This document shows, piece by piece, positions 1 through 12,768 of a stretch of 64,000 bases of DNA. This DNA is from Hemiscyllium ocellatum (lineage: Eukaryota): the NCBI RefSeq assembly GCF_020745735.1, contig NC_083417.1, positions 64,480,001 to 64,544,000 on the forward strand, written 5' to 3'. The position numbers and the translations under genes were made by a program. The notes under the pieces were generated by a model. It was not told the DNA's origin. It saw only the letters and a list, made by a program, of their open reading frames with translations, and did not search any database. Within the stretch, counting starts at the first letter, position 1. Each line of letters starts with the position of its first letter.

Positions 1-520
1 TGAAGTGGCAATTGAAAAGTGTGACGCTTGAAAAGAACAGCCAGTCAGGCAGCATCCGAGGAGCAGGAAAGTCGACGTTGTGGGCATAAACCCTTCAGTG
101 AAATGAGGCAGGCAACAAGAAGCTCCAGATCATTTTTTGCAGACAGAACGTAGGTGTTCTGCAAAGCGCTTCACCACTCTGCACTTCATCTCTTCCATGT
201 CGACAGGAACCACGTTTTTGAGCATCAGCATCCACTCATTTCTGCCACCTCCAACAGAATACCACAACCAGATATATATTGCTGCTGTCTCCCTTGTCAG
301 CCCTCCACATGGACAGCTCCATGCAGGATATCTTGGTCCACTCCTCCTCCACTCCAACTGCCGTACCACACTCCGCAGTACCTTCCCATGGAATCACAGA
401 AGTTGGAACACATGCCCTTTTACTCCTCCCTCCTCACTACCCAAGGGCCCGGATACACCTTCCAAGTGAAACAGCGATTTACCTGCACTTCACTCAATCT
501 AGTCGACTTTATTTGCTGCT
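1..520. mobile_element. Decayed PLE remnants
   Basis: Degenerate hammerhead on the minus strand (about 70-112), the RFAEHLRSV peptide and a GIY-YIG-region remnant near 470-520. Confidence 0.6.
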
Positions 521-3126
521 CACCATATCCAAAATTGAGGAAAATCGGTGGCACATTTACAACTCCAAGCCATGATTTCGTTTCCAGGCTATTTCTGATT
601 TCCACTCAAACTGACTTCTACTTCAGGATGGATTTCATTCATATCACCAGTCACGACCTCACTGGTATTTTCCTTTATTATCAAACTTTATTAACCTCAT
701 CTCCTCTTCCGTTTTTCCTGTTCTCCCAGAGTATTGAATATCTTTGAGTATACGGAAGCCTTACTTGGTCACTCTGTAATTGCGATCAACTCATATTTGT
801 TTGATGCTATTTATGTTGTCAACTCGTCGAACATGTTCAAATTATTTTAGCCTGCCTGACTCTCACACACTGAGCATGGTAAAACGCTTGCCAGTACTAA
901 ATCAGCTACTCATGTGTGAGTTTAAGTTATACTGTGACTTCAAGTTGATCGTCCATTATCTCCTTTCATTCTTTTTGACTTCAGATAGGAACGCTGACTT
1001 TTTAGCTATATTGTATCACTATTTTCTTGGACTTATTCTTGTTTTCCATTTTTTCTTCAACGTGTCTGCAAATTTTATTTTTCAAGGATTTTGTTCATTG
1101 GGGTTAGGAAGTTGCTGTTACATCATATTATATCTTAAACTTTCTCAATTGGCTAGATTTACTCCATTCAGCTCCAGCCAGTGGGCATGCTTTTCACTTG
1201 TGATTTTTGTTTGGAAGGTGGTAACACCATTTGGGTATTACACATGGGCCACATCCAGACATTTACAAACTTCTCTTTGGATTTTGAAACTACATGCTCC
1301 ATGAACCAAATGACTTCCACCAGAATTAGTCGTTTTAATGGCATCAAAATTCATAGAAACGCTCAAAATTTTAATTGTTTTACCAGTACCTGTGCAAATC
1401 AATTTGAATGTCCAGTTTACCTTATGCCACTTCATTCCTCTTGTTAACTTCTCAATTGATGTGTTAATACCTCCGCATTATTTTCATCCTAGTGTATAAG
1501 TCGAGAATTTCGAATTTAAACCTTTCCTTACTGGATTTCGTCTCCATGATTTCCCCATTTTCCGCAACTGACATATTTCATGTTATGTCAGTATTTACTG
1601 TCACTCTTGTGAAATACTTTTTGCCTCTTTTCTTCAACCTCAAAATATTATGTTACAATTCCCTTTTCATTTTCTTTCCGGCTTCCACTCTATTCATCCC
1701 ACACTCTATCACAAGCTTGTGGAAGAACATAAAACATGGGAGCAGAATTAAACCATTGAAAAGATAAACGTCAACTTCGTTGTTCTGCCTTTTTCCTCCA
1801 TGTGTTGGTACTCTTACTGATTTTAAAACCTGCCCATATCAGTTTTCAATCTGCTTCCGCAACTGTCTGGCATACAAGTCCAATGATTCACTACTAACCA
1901 GTAGAAGAAATTCACCCTTATCTCTGTCTTAAGTGAGCATCCCTTTACTCTGAGATTATGCCCACTGGCCCCATATTCTCTCAAGATATGGAACAGCATC
2001 TCAGGATGTACCCTGCAAAGTTCCTAAAGAATCATTTGTTGTCATAAGGTGTTCATCCAACTTCCAAAGAGTGAGTAGGGTCTGTACTCAATCCCCCCTC
2101 ATAATATAGTCCCTCCAAACCTGGAATAACGATGGACAACCTTGACTGATTACCTCAACGTGGCAAATCCTTCCCTAGATCAGGAGACCAAAACTGTTCA
2201 CGGTATTCCAGCTATTGTTTAACTCTTGCTTTTATTCTTTTTGCATGAGCTCCTTCTTCTTTATATTTCATTCCCTAGAAAGTTGCTGTGTTTTCTCTCT
2301 TGTTCAAGCAGTTTTAACTGTCACTCAATCTTAACTGACTCCAATATCTCCCTTGGAGTAACAGTTCTTTCTTGAATTCTAGAAAGCCCACATGCTTGTC
2401 TCGCAGTTCAATTATCTTTGTCTTCCTGGCTCTGGACGGTAATACATTTGCTTAGTCTATGAGGCTGTCTTTTGTTATCTCTGGAAAATTTTTCAAGTAT
2501 TTCTCAACTGCAATAGCATTCATCTGCTTGCAAACCCATCTCATTTTCGAATGCTGAGGCTGGTATCTTCCCTTAAAGACTTACCCTAGCTCCAGATGCA
2601 ATGTTACATTATCATCATTCAAAGTATGCTGATGGTGAGCCCCCAGACCTGTGTCACAGCTGAACAGGAAGAAGTGCACCAATAATCACATCCCCACTCT
2701 GAAGCAAAGCAAATTAGATGGTTGCTGCCAGATTTAACTCAAATGTCACAATTGATATCAGAAAATTGAAAATAACACATCCTTCTTTTGACTATACAAC
2801 AGGCGAAGTGAATTGTTCGATTGTTACCCTTGACTGCAAGAAAAAAGATTACTTTGAACGTTAACATGCTGAAATACTATCTCTGATGCTATGTGGTATA
2901 GACACTGACAGATCTGTCAGATAATAAGTGCTACTTCAAGAACATGGAACAGATATATTACAGGATAAGCAGGGAAACTAACATTTAATGATTGATTTTG
3001 AATCAGTTATAATCATTTTAAGTCTGGTTGAAGATTTGTAGCTCGGGTGTCCGTTGTTGTGGTTCTGTTCGCCGAGCTGGAAGTTTTTGCTTCGTTTCGT
3101 TCCCTGGCTAAGGAACATCATCAGTG

Positions 3127-5698
3127 CTATTGGAGCCTCCTGTGAAGCGCTGCTTTGATGTTTCTTCCGGTATTTATAGTGGTTTGTTCTTGCCGCTTCC
3201 GGGTGTCAGTTTCAGCTGTAGTAGTTTGCATGTGGGGTCCAGGCCGATGAGTCTGTTGATGGATGTTCTTGCCGTTTCCGGGTGTCAGTTTCAGATGTAG
3301 TGGTTTGTATATGGGGTCCAGGTCTATGTGTCTGTTAATGGAGTTTGTGGATGAATGCCATGCCTCTAGGAATTCCCTGGCTGTTCTCTGTCTGGCTTGT
3401 CCTATGATGGTAGTGTTTTCCCAGTCAAATTCATGTTCCTGGTTGTCTGAGTGTATGGCTACTAGGGATAGCTGGTCGTGTCGTTTTGTGGCTAGCTGAT
3501 GTTCATGGATGCGGATTGTTAGCTGTCTTCCTGTTTGTCCTATATAGTGTTTTGTGCAGTCCTTGCATGGTATTTTGTAAACTACGTTAGTTTGGCTCAT
3601 GCTGGCTATTGGGTCCTTTGTTCTAGTGAGTTGTTGTCTGCGTGTGGAAGTTGGCTTGTGTGCTGTTATGAGTCCTAAGGGTCGCAGTAGTCTGGCTGTC
3701 AGTTCTGAGACGGTCCTGACGTATGGTAGTGTGGCTAGTCCTTTTGGTTGTGGCATGTCCTCGTTCCGTGCTCTATCTCTTAGGCATCTGGTGATAAAGT
3801 TGCGTGGGTATCCGTTTTTGGCGAATACCTTGTATAGGTGTTCCTCTTCCTCTTTTCGCAGTTCTGGTGTACTGCAGTGTGTTGTGGCTCTTTTGAATAG
3901 TGTCCTGATGCAGCTTCGTTTGTGTGTGTTGGGGTGGTTACTTTCATAGTTTAGGACTTGGTCTGTATGTGTTGGTTTCCTGTGTACCCTTCTGGTGAAT
4001 TCTCCGTTGGGTGTTCTCTCTACTAACACGTCTAGGAATGGGAGTTGGCTATCCTTTTCCTTTTCTCTCGTGAATCGTATTCCTGTGAGTGTGGCGTTGA
4101 TGATTCGGTGTGTTTTTTCTATTTCTGTGTTTTTGATGATTACAAAGGTGTCATCGACGTATCTGATCCAGAGTTTGGGTTGGATTTGTGGTAGGGCTGT
4201 ATGTTCTAACCTTTGCATAACTGCCTCTGCTATGAGTCCCGAGATTGGTGATCCCATGGGTGTTCCGTTGATTTGTTCGTATATCTGATTGTTGAATGTA
4301 AAGTGTGTGGTGAGGCACAGGTCTAGTAGTTTAAGTATGCCGTCCTTGTTGATAGGTTCGGCCTCCTGTGTTCTGTTATGTATGTCCAGTAGGTTGGCTA
4401 TTATTTCTCTGGCTAGGGTTTTGTCAATTGATGTGAAAAGTGCCGTCACGTCGAATGATACCATGGTTTCTTCTTTGTCTATGTGTGTATTCCTGATGAT
4501 GTCCAAGAATTCCTGTGTTGATTGTATGGAGTGTTTGGATCCGCTGACTAGGTTTTTCAGTTTTTGTTGCAGTTCTTTGGCCAGTTTGTATGCTGGTGTC
4601 CCTGGTAGTGATACTATGGGTCTGAGTGGGATGTCTGGTTTGTGTACTTTGGGTAGTCCGTAGAATCTAGGGGTGTTGTTGCTTTCAGGTTTCATTCTTT
4701 GCTGGTCCGCTTTGGTTATCTGTCCATTTTTTTTGTAGATTCCTTAGTGTGTTGATTATTCTATTGGTGAGTTGTGGTGTGGGGTCGGAATCCTTCATTT
4801 GGTAGGAGTTGGTGTCTGCGAGTAGTTGTTGTGCTTTATTGATGTAGTCTGATTTATCTAAGATGACCGTCATTCTGCCTTTATCTGCCGGTAGTATGAT
4901 TATGTTCTTGTCATTTTTCAGTGCTTTCAGTGCTTCCCTCTCCTTGGTGTTGAGGTTATGTGTATGTCGTTTTCTTATCATCATAGGTACGACCGTTTGT
5001 CTCACTGTTTGTTGTGTCTCTTCTGTCAGTCCATTGTTCCTGAGTGTGCATTCTAGTGCTGCTAGGATGTCTGCTGTGTTGGCATCCCTGTAGTTGTATT
5101 TGAGTCCCTTGGCCAGTATAGTTCTTTCCGTGTCTGTGAGCTGTCTGTGGGAGAGGTTTTTAACCCAGGTGTGTGTTGTAGTGTCCTCCTGTTTGTGGGT
5201 TAGTTTGTCCATTTTTTCTTTTAGTGCCGTTTTTTTGCGAAGTGTTGTCCTGTTCTGTCCTATAGTGATAGCCTGTTCTATGGTCCGGCTCCATTCCTGA
5301 TTAGTGGTTTTTAAAATTAACGACTTTTGGCGCGCAATTTCTTGCCTGTATTTGTGCAGTCGGTTGTGAGCGTCTGTGATCATTACCTGGACCATCCTGA
5401 ATCCGTTCTTCTTGGCTGTTTCCCTGGCTTGTGGATTATTTACTGGAGGTCTGTACTTGACACATTGTGGCCGGATTTGATTTTTTCTGTATTCGTGGAG
5501 GAACCGGAGTTGTTCATGTGTTGCGCTTAGGCGGTTAGCGCAGGATTCCCATCTCCTGGCTTGTCTCAGCGTTTCTCGCCCGTAAGTGTTTAAAGTCTGG
5601 TTGAAGATTTGTAGCTCGGGTGTTCGTTGTTGTGGTTCTATTCGCCGAGCTGGAAGTTTTTGCTGCAAACGTTTCGTTCCCTGGCTAGGGAACATCAT
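3127..5698 (-). pseudogene. Penelope RT/GIY-YIG ORF with a single +1 frameshift
   Basis: LQKKWTDNQ... is restored to LQKNGQITKADQQRMKPESNNTPRFYG by deleting one A. Confidence 0.85.
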
Positions 5699-5718
5699 CA
5701 GTGCTATTGGAGCCTCCT
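5652..5718 (-). ncRNA. Type I minimal hammerhead ribozyme in the upstream pLTR
   Basis: Minus strand: AGCA-CUGAUGA-U-GUUCCCU(AGCC)AGGGAAC-GAAAC-GUU/UGC. Complete core, 7-bp helix II, ACGU palindromic helix III typical of PLE hammerheads. Confidence 0.8.
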
Positions 5719-5950
5719 GTGAAGCGCTGCTTTGATGTTTCTTCCGGTATTTATAGTGGTTTGTTCTTGCCGCTTCCGGGTGTCAGTTTCAGCTGTAGTA
5801 GTTTGTATGTGGGGTCCAGGTCGATGTGTCTGTTGATGGATGTTCTTGCCGTTTCCGGGTGTCAGTTTCAGCTGTAGTGGTTTGTATATGGGGACCAGGT
5901 CTATGTGTCTGTTAATGGAGTTTGTGGATGAATGCCATGCCTCTAGGAAG

Positions 5951-7000
5951 TTTAGATCACATGGAATCCAGGGGGAGTTGGCAAATGAGGTTCTCAATTG
6001 ACTTGATAGTAGGAAGCACAGGGTAATAGTGGAAGGATGTTTGTTGGACTGGAGGCCTGTAACTAGTGGTGTGCCTCAGGTGTCGGTGCTGGGCCCATTG
6101 TTTTTGTTGATTATATTAATGATTTGGATGAGAATTTGCAAGGCATGATTAATAAGTTTGTAGATGGCATTAAAATAAGTGTTATTATGGGCAGGGAGGA
6201 AGGAAGGTTGTCAGAAAATGCAGAAGGATATTGATCAGATGGGGAAGTGGGCCAAGAAATGGCAAATGCAGTTTAATATAGATAAGTGTGAGGCGTTGCA
6301 TTTTTGAAAGTCAAATCAAGGCTCGAGTTTCACGGTGAATGGTTGAGCCTTGAGGAGTGTAGTGGAACAGGAGGACTTTGGAGCTCAGGTTCTCAGTTCT
6401 ATGAAAGTGAAGTCATGGGGAGACAGGGTAATGAAGAAAGATTTTGGCACCTCTGGCCTTCATCAGTCAGATCATTGAATATTGAAGTTGGGAAGTTATG
6501 TTGCAGTTGTCTAGGACATTGGTGAGACTGCGCTTGGAATATTGTGTTCAGAATTGGTTACATTGCTATAGGAGGGATGTTATTAACCTGGAAATTGTGC
6601 AGTACGAGGATGTTTCCAGGACTCAACTGTCTGAGTTATAGGAAGAGATTAAACAAGGTAGGACATTTTTATTTCGAGCATAGGAGACTGAGAGGCAATC
6701 TTTTGAAGTGTATCAGATTGTGTGAGGCATGGATAGGGTGAAGGTACCCAGTCTTTTTTCCAGGGTTGGACAATCAAGAACTAGAGGGCATCAGTCTAAG
6801 TTTAGTGGAAATAGACTAAAAGGGAACCTGAGGAGCAACATTTTCACATAGAGGGTAGGAAGCATACGGAATGAGCTGCCAGTGGAAGTTGTTGAGGTGG
6901 ATACAACAACAACATTTAAAAGGCAGTTGGATGAACGCATGGATAGGAAAGGAATAGAAGGATCTACTGTACTCGGGTATAGTGATTTCCACTGATTCAT
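5951..7000 (+). mobile_element. CR1/HER1-type LINE, decayed RT and 3' part (duplicate at 48560-49720)
   Basis: Remnants of SGVPQ-SVLGP and KF-DD, plus the GGxFFTQRVV 3' region. Confidence 0.85.
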
Positions 7001-9659
7001 GATCTTAAGAGAGAAGTAAAAATGGACATTTCAGCAACTCTTGGATGGGTACATGAAAGATCGTACAATGAAGGGCATATATTAGAGGAGGATAAAAGGC
7101 CGGCAAAACATTGAGGGCCAAACAGTCTGCACTGTGTTGTACTGTTCCATGTTCTATAAGGCTAGGTGTCAAGTGCAGGGAACTGGCATTAGTGTAGATG
7201 GACATTATTTGTGGCATAGACGTGTGGACCAAAGGGCCTATCTCCATGTTGTAAGACGCCATGACTCTCTATAGCCAGTCAGTCAGGGTGGCATTTTATA
7301 AATTCCTACTTTGGAAATAAAACCAATCTGGTTCCAAGTTGAAATACAAACAGACTTGAAACATTGCCTCACAACTAAAATGTATTGCCTGACTTGAGGT
7401 ATGATCTTTATTCTGATAAAGCCTGAAGTTACCTTGGAGTAGTGACTTAAAAGATATTTTGGGATTTCCATATTAGTCAATCGAAAACTGCACCTCCATT
7501 CTAACTGATTAAAGACTGCATAGACATCTAGGTTTGTTCAATATAGTCACATAAACTGTGTTACACTTTGACCTTTTACTTCTGAGTTCTGTTTCCAATG
7601 TATTCTATCTTCCTAGCTGCCTGAGGAAAGAGCTGGGGCTCTGAAAGAGTATGATTTCAAATAAACCTGTCGGTATACAACCCAGTGTCATGTGATTTTT
7701 TTTTGCTTTTGCGAAGGTACTACTGGAATTGCTTTGAAGTATAGGCCCATAAACAGTGACACTGAGATGGTAATGTTTGCTAGTCACAACCCCAAACTTT
7801 TATTGACAGTTCAAAAATCAGAATGTAAGTGTATTTTGATATTGTTTGTTATGGCAGTCCCGTCACTTTCAGCTAATGTACATCGCAAGGTAAAATCAAC
7901 GTGATGAAATAAGTATCAACATGAGCAGCAGTACAACAGCGATGGACTGAATGTGAATCTTTGCTTTTATTGCTTGTGTTCTTCCATGCTTCAATTGTAG
8001 TTAAGTTTATCAAAGCGATAGTTGTTTTATGCCAAGTGTGCGATGAAGTGATGTGATGCAAATATTACTGGCAGGCTGTGCAGGCCACATATATATCTTT
8101 AACCTACAGCAAATAACACATGAAAAGGTAAAGATATACAACTGCAACAAGGGATCCAAATGCAAGAAGAAGGAAAGCTTAGATGGAATGTTACAGTTTG
8201 GAGATCTTTCACAGTCAGAAATATGAGCAATTTGTAAGTGGGAAAAGAATATTACATTTTTGAATTCAAGGAGAGAGAATTACCATCTGAACAGGGAGAC
8301 AACAGCTAATTGTTCCACCACTCTTCCTTTGTAACTCTTTTGCATAATGAATGAGTTGGTAAGCTCATCAAATATCATGTTTGCCACACAGAAGTGTTTT
8401 GAATAGGATTTTATTGGAATCTACGTCAGTATAAAAGTAACTATAAATCAACAAACTGCAGATGTTCGGAGATGACACCCAGTTCCAGAAACGTGCGTGT
8501 GCGTGTTGAGTGTTTTCTGAATCAGAATAGTAAATGGGACAAGTTGTGATTTAGTATGTTTTTTTACCTTGAACTGTCACTTGGACAAAGTGTGTTAAAA
8601 TTAATACACTGGAGAATTTTCATTGTTCTTTTATTTCCCCATTGTGTTTGCTGTTTCTTTAACAGGTTTATTAAGGACGTATATTTGCACAAAATCTGAG
8701 GAACAGCATAGCTGAGACTATTTGAGTAGTTCTTTAAAAATGTCAGAACCCATAAAATTTGAATATTTTGTGATGCCACATGGATAGTTGAGAGGTCGGT
8801 GGCTGTTAACATTAGCAAAAAGGAAATTGGCATCCCCATTCAGGAAATGCATGGATTATTCCAACGACTTCACCTTCAACAATTTCATATTCAATAACAT
8901 GAATGAGATTGGCAATTCCAATACAGCAAAGCACCACAGAAATCAAAACACTCACGTGGGAACATCACTCACCAAGAGAAAACTGCCAATGTTGATTTGT
9001 AGTAGGCCTTATGGATTCTGTATTTATTGAATTTAGACATATGCCCAATAGAGCTAATTTTGTAGCATTACACAGTCACAATTAGAGACACATATCGGCT
9101 GAATATAAATTATAAAAGACTCGGTGAAGTTTTGTTCAGAAAGCAGTTGAAAGAATTTTAACCAAATACTTGATTTCTTTTTTACTGTAGATAACATTCT
9201 GTGCTACGATATCACTGTATTATTATATCTCTGGTGGGTAGCATCACATGGTATGCAGAAGCCTGAGTTGACATAACAGATAAATGAAAGCAAAATTTCT
9301 TGTGGATGGGTGGTAGTTTTCCTACCGCGGTGCAAGGAGGTGGGAGTCGGGTCCCAACTGCTTCAGCAGTTGTCCATTTCGGAAAAGCTTGATTACAAAA
9401 TATGGACACCAATCTCATGACGCTTGTATCTAAATGAATGTTCCCGATACATATTGTTTCTATGTAGACCGTTCGTTTCTTTCTATAAATGGACGTATTC
9501 TGAATTTCATTCTTCATTTTTCTACATCCACGTTTTCTCTGTGCATATCATCTCATCAAAGGCTAGTACTCGTTCAGTGTGCAAATCCAATGTTTGACAA
9601 CATCACTAATTTATTACTTTAGGCGGTTTTTCAAAATAATTACCAGAAAAGCTACTAAA

Positions 9660-11550
9660 CGCCGATTTTCTGAAGAGTGTTCAGAAAATTTCTGAATTTC
9701 CGATTTCCTGCAGTGAGCTAGGAAAGGTGAACAGATATACCTGGTGTTACTTGGGATAGTTTGCATCTCAACCAAAGAGTTGGAAACTCCATACAGCCCA
9801 TCGGGGTTCTTCGCATTAGCTATACGTATCACTATTGCGTTCTCAATGTCATTTTTATATCAGGTGATCGTGAGTTCCAACGGATGAAATGCAGCTGTTT
9901 CACACGCGAGAATCAGAGACAACAGTGGAATTTATTTCGAGTGGCCTGCGGGCAATCCACAGTGAGATTGGGGTCACTGAGATGTAGAAAACAAACAAAG
10001 TTCTTACCGGATTTTGAAGTGGGAAATTGAATATAATTCAAATTAATATTAGGTAGTTTTACGATTAGAACACAATTGGAAAGGGATACTTCTGTCATTT
10101 TAATGTTTCTCACATCATCTGCACCTATCAATTCAATGTAAACGCCAGCGTGCGATGAATTTCTTGACAGCTGCATTTTCCTAACTGCTATCAATTCCGA
10201 ACAGGGATCATTGGAGTCGATAATTTAATTGTTTTCTCTACACTGTCACTGCCAGACTTTCTGAGTTTCTCCAGCAACTTGTGGTTTTGCTTCAGATTTC
10301 CAGCATGCATAATTCTTTGCTTTAAATTTTGACAGCATCAAAATGGGCCAACAGTCGTCTATGTACTGGGAGAAGCACATTATTATAGGTGATTTTCAAA
10401 TACCATATCTTTGCAATTTGTCCAGAATTTCCTCAATCGGGCACATATTACATAATGTACATAATATACACAATACAAATGTCTTGTTGGGAGTTCTAAT
10501 CAATCTGATTAAACTTCAATTGTTTTCGAGTTTTGAGAAGATTTGTAGCTCAGATTGAGTTTCTGCATGTAAGTTTCCTCGCTGAGCTGGAAGGATCGTT
10601 TTCATTTGTTTGTTGTGCTCTGAGTCCGGATTCATTTGTCTACAATGACACCACAGAAGATGAAAGTACAATTTATCTGAAAATCTGCTGATAGTCATGC
10701 ATTTACTGATTTAAAAAAACGCAACACAATAATCGCAAAAGCAAACCATAGTACTGCGGTTGCTGGAAATCTGAAATTAGCATGGATATGGCTGGAGAAA
10801 TTCAGCAGGTCTGGCAGCATCTGTGGAAAGAAACAGTTAGGACCCTTCGTCAGTACTCAACTCTGCTTCTCTCTCCACAAGCAACCTGATCCACTATTCA
10901 GATCACAAAACAACACTAATTGCCTTTGATGTATTTACAACTGTTCGTCTTCCTGGAGTTTGTCACCTACCATTCACGCATCAGTGAGATCCGACCCTCG
11001 TTGAATACTGTACAGTAATAAAGTCCAAAATCTTGGAGAGTCACTTGCAGCAAGCTAACACCAAATTGCTTTCTGCTATTGCCGGTGATTAGAAATTAAT
11101 TCTCGCCCTGTTTCCTCCAATGCTCATTTATCGAGAAATCCTTCTCGATAAATCGGGAAAGAAGCAGATCAAGGCGATATTCTTCCTTCTGGATACAAAT
11201 ACTCCTTTAGGTTTTTGAATAACACCAAAAACAGCGTGTTCCTCAGCTGCCAGAAAATAGGGTCATAGATAATTTAATTGTACCGTGCAAAACGTGCAGA
11301 TCGAAGAGGGAGAAAAGATGTTATATTGCAGAATTATATTTCCGTAAATAAATATGCGATAAATTTATTTAGGTAGGGTGATGATCAAAGAGGTATTTAT
11401 CTGTGCAAATAATATCCCTGAGAATCAAGCATCGGAAAACCATACTCGCCTTTCATTCTGAACACTAAATTTAATTGATACCTGTCAACACTGGCTGCGA
11501 GACTGCAAAATTGAAAGATAACTTCCAGTTAGAGTTCCATCACTTGTGAG
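9660..11550 (-). pseudogene. Gene A copy 1: V-C1 IgSF receptor pseudogene (decayed leader about 11499-11545, V about 10939-11246, C1 about 9660-9976)
   Basis: V reads AEEHAVFGVIQKPK...LICFFP...HWRKQGEN*...LLQVTLQDFGLYYC. C1 reads LILACETAAFHP...IT*YKN...NPDGLYGVSNSL...YIC. Stops at 11096-11098 and 9860-9862, plus frameshifts and a 24-bp deletion. Confidence 0.85.
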
Positions 11551-12454
11551 GCTTATGACGTTTGTCTTCCTGTAACTGCGGCTTCTGCAAATTGGCTTCA
11601 TTTGTTAGGCCTAATCTTTGCATTGACACTAAAAGACATGCGTTGTTGACAGAATGGGGAAGATGCGACCTTTTCAAATGTCAAATTTCCCAACACTTGC
11701 GAGTTCAGTAATTAAACATGGTGCGCCAAATTAATGCAATCAATTGAACGTTTTGTTGAGCGTGTCAAACGATGCAGGGAAATTCAGAACGTGAAGCAAT
11801 TAGATGTTGCTCTTAGGTAAATAACTGAACTAAGAACCAGATCGATATAGATTCGAATGGGAACTGAGAAGGCAGATTAGAGAAGCTGAAAGAAAGATTA
11901 TGAGTGGTGAAAAAGCACACCAAAAAGCTTTTCCTGGCATTCACTGATAAACAGCTGCTAAGAAATGGATTGTGGCCGATCAGGGTCCAAAAATTGGAAT
12001 TAATTACGGGTTGGCATGGCTGAACGACTAAATGCCAATTTGTAAATGTCTCCTTCGCTCATGGCGAAGTGGTGGATGTTTCGTGCATTGAAGTTGTTTA
12101 AAATTGATATCAAGGAATCACTGAAAAGACTTTTTACGTTACGTTGATAAGGAATCGGGACTAGATGAGATGTAAGCAATGTTACCAGGCCAAAGAGTGG
12201 CAATTGTGGACTCACTGGTTGTTGTGAGATAACTGAAGGGACTCGATACAAATTAGTAGCAAATTGATGGAGGAATTGATAGAATGGAGAACTGCCTCAG
12301 AAAGTGTCAAGAAACTTCTTAAAAATTTGACTGATCTCTAGATAGACAGTTCTGAACGATTCTGAAAAAAAAACAAAAATGCCCACAGTTGCATCAGTGC
12401 GTTCTTTTTTCTCTCCTCTTCTGAAAAAAAAAGCAAAACCTGGCTTTTGCATAT

Positions 12455-12768
12455 GGGTGGCACAGTGGTTAACACAGTTTCCTCACAGCGCCAGAGGTTT
12501 GGGTTCAATTCCCGCCTCAGGCAACTGTCTGTGAGGGGTTTGCACATTCTCCCCGTGTCTGCATGGGTTTCCTCTAGGTGTTCCGGTTTCCTCCCACAGT
12601 CCAAAAATGTGCACGCTAGGTGAATTGACCATGCTGAATTGTGCGTAGTGTGAGGTGAAGGGGAAAATGGAGAGGAATGGGTCTGGGTGGGTTGCTCTTC
12701 GGAGGGTCGGTGTGGCCGTGTTGGTCCGAAGGGCCTGTTTCCACACCGTAACTAATCTAAAAAAAAAA
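12455..12768 (+). mobile_element. HE1-type tRNA-derived V-SINE
   Basis: GGTGGCACAGTGG A-box, GGTTCAATTCC B-box, V-domain GGGTTTCCTC...CCGGTTTCCTCCCACAGTCCAAA and a CR1-like tail. Confidence 0.9.

Larger units (their letters stand above)
3020..5949 (-). mobile_element. Near-intact Penelope-like retroelement with direct pseudo-LTRs (3020-3372 and 5593-5949)
   Basis: ORFs 4685-5698 and 3127-4695 join into one roughly 857-aa protein if one A is removed from an A8 run (4727-4734). RT motifs GTPMGSP and RYVDD; GIY-YIG motif VVYKIPCKDCTKHYIGQT; about 355-bp direct repeats. Confidence 0.95.

Noticed and set aside
780-1767. ORFs 780-1304 and 1492-1767 preserved in part in both duplicate copies
   Set aside because: Preservation reflects the recent duplication; no domain motifs; probably antisense to an ancient LINE relic.
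3263-5530. Several plus-strand ORFs of 67-124 aa
   Set aside because: Antisense shadows of the Penelope ORF.
12455-12530. tRNA-like A/B boxes
   Set aside because: Head of an HE1-type SINE, not a tRNA gene.
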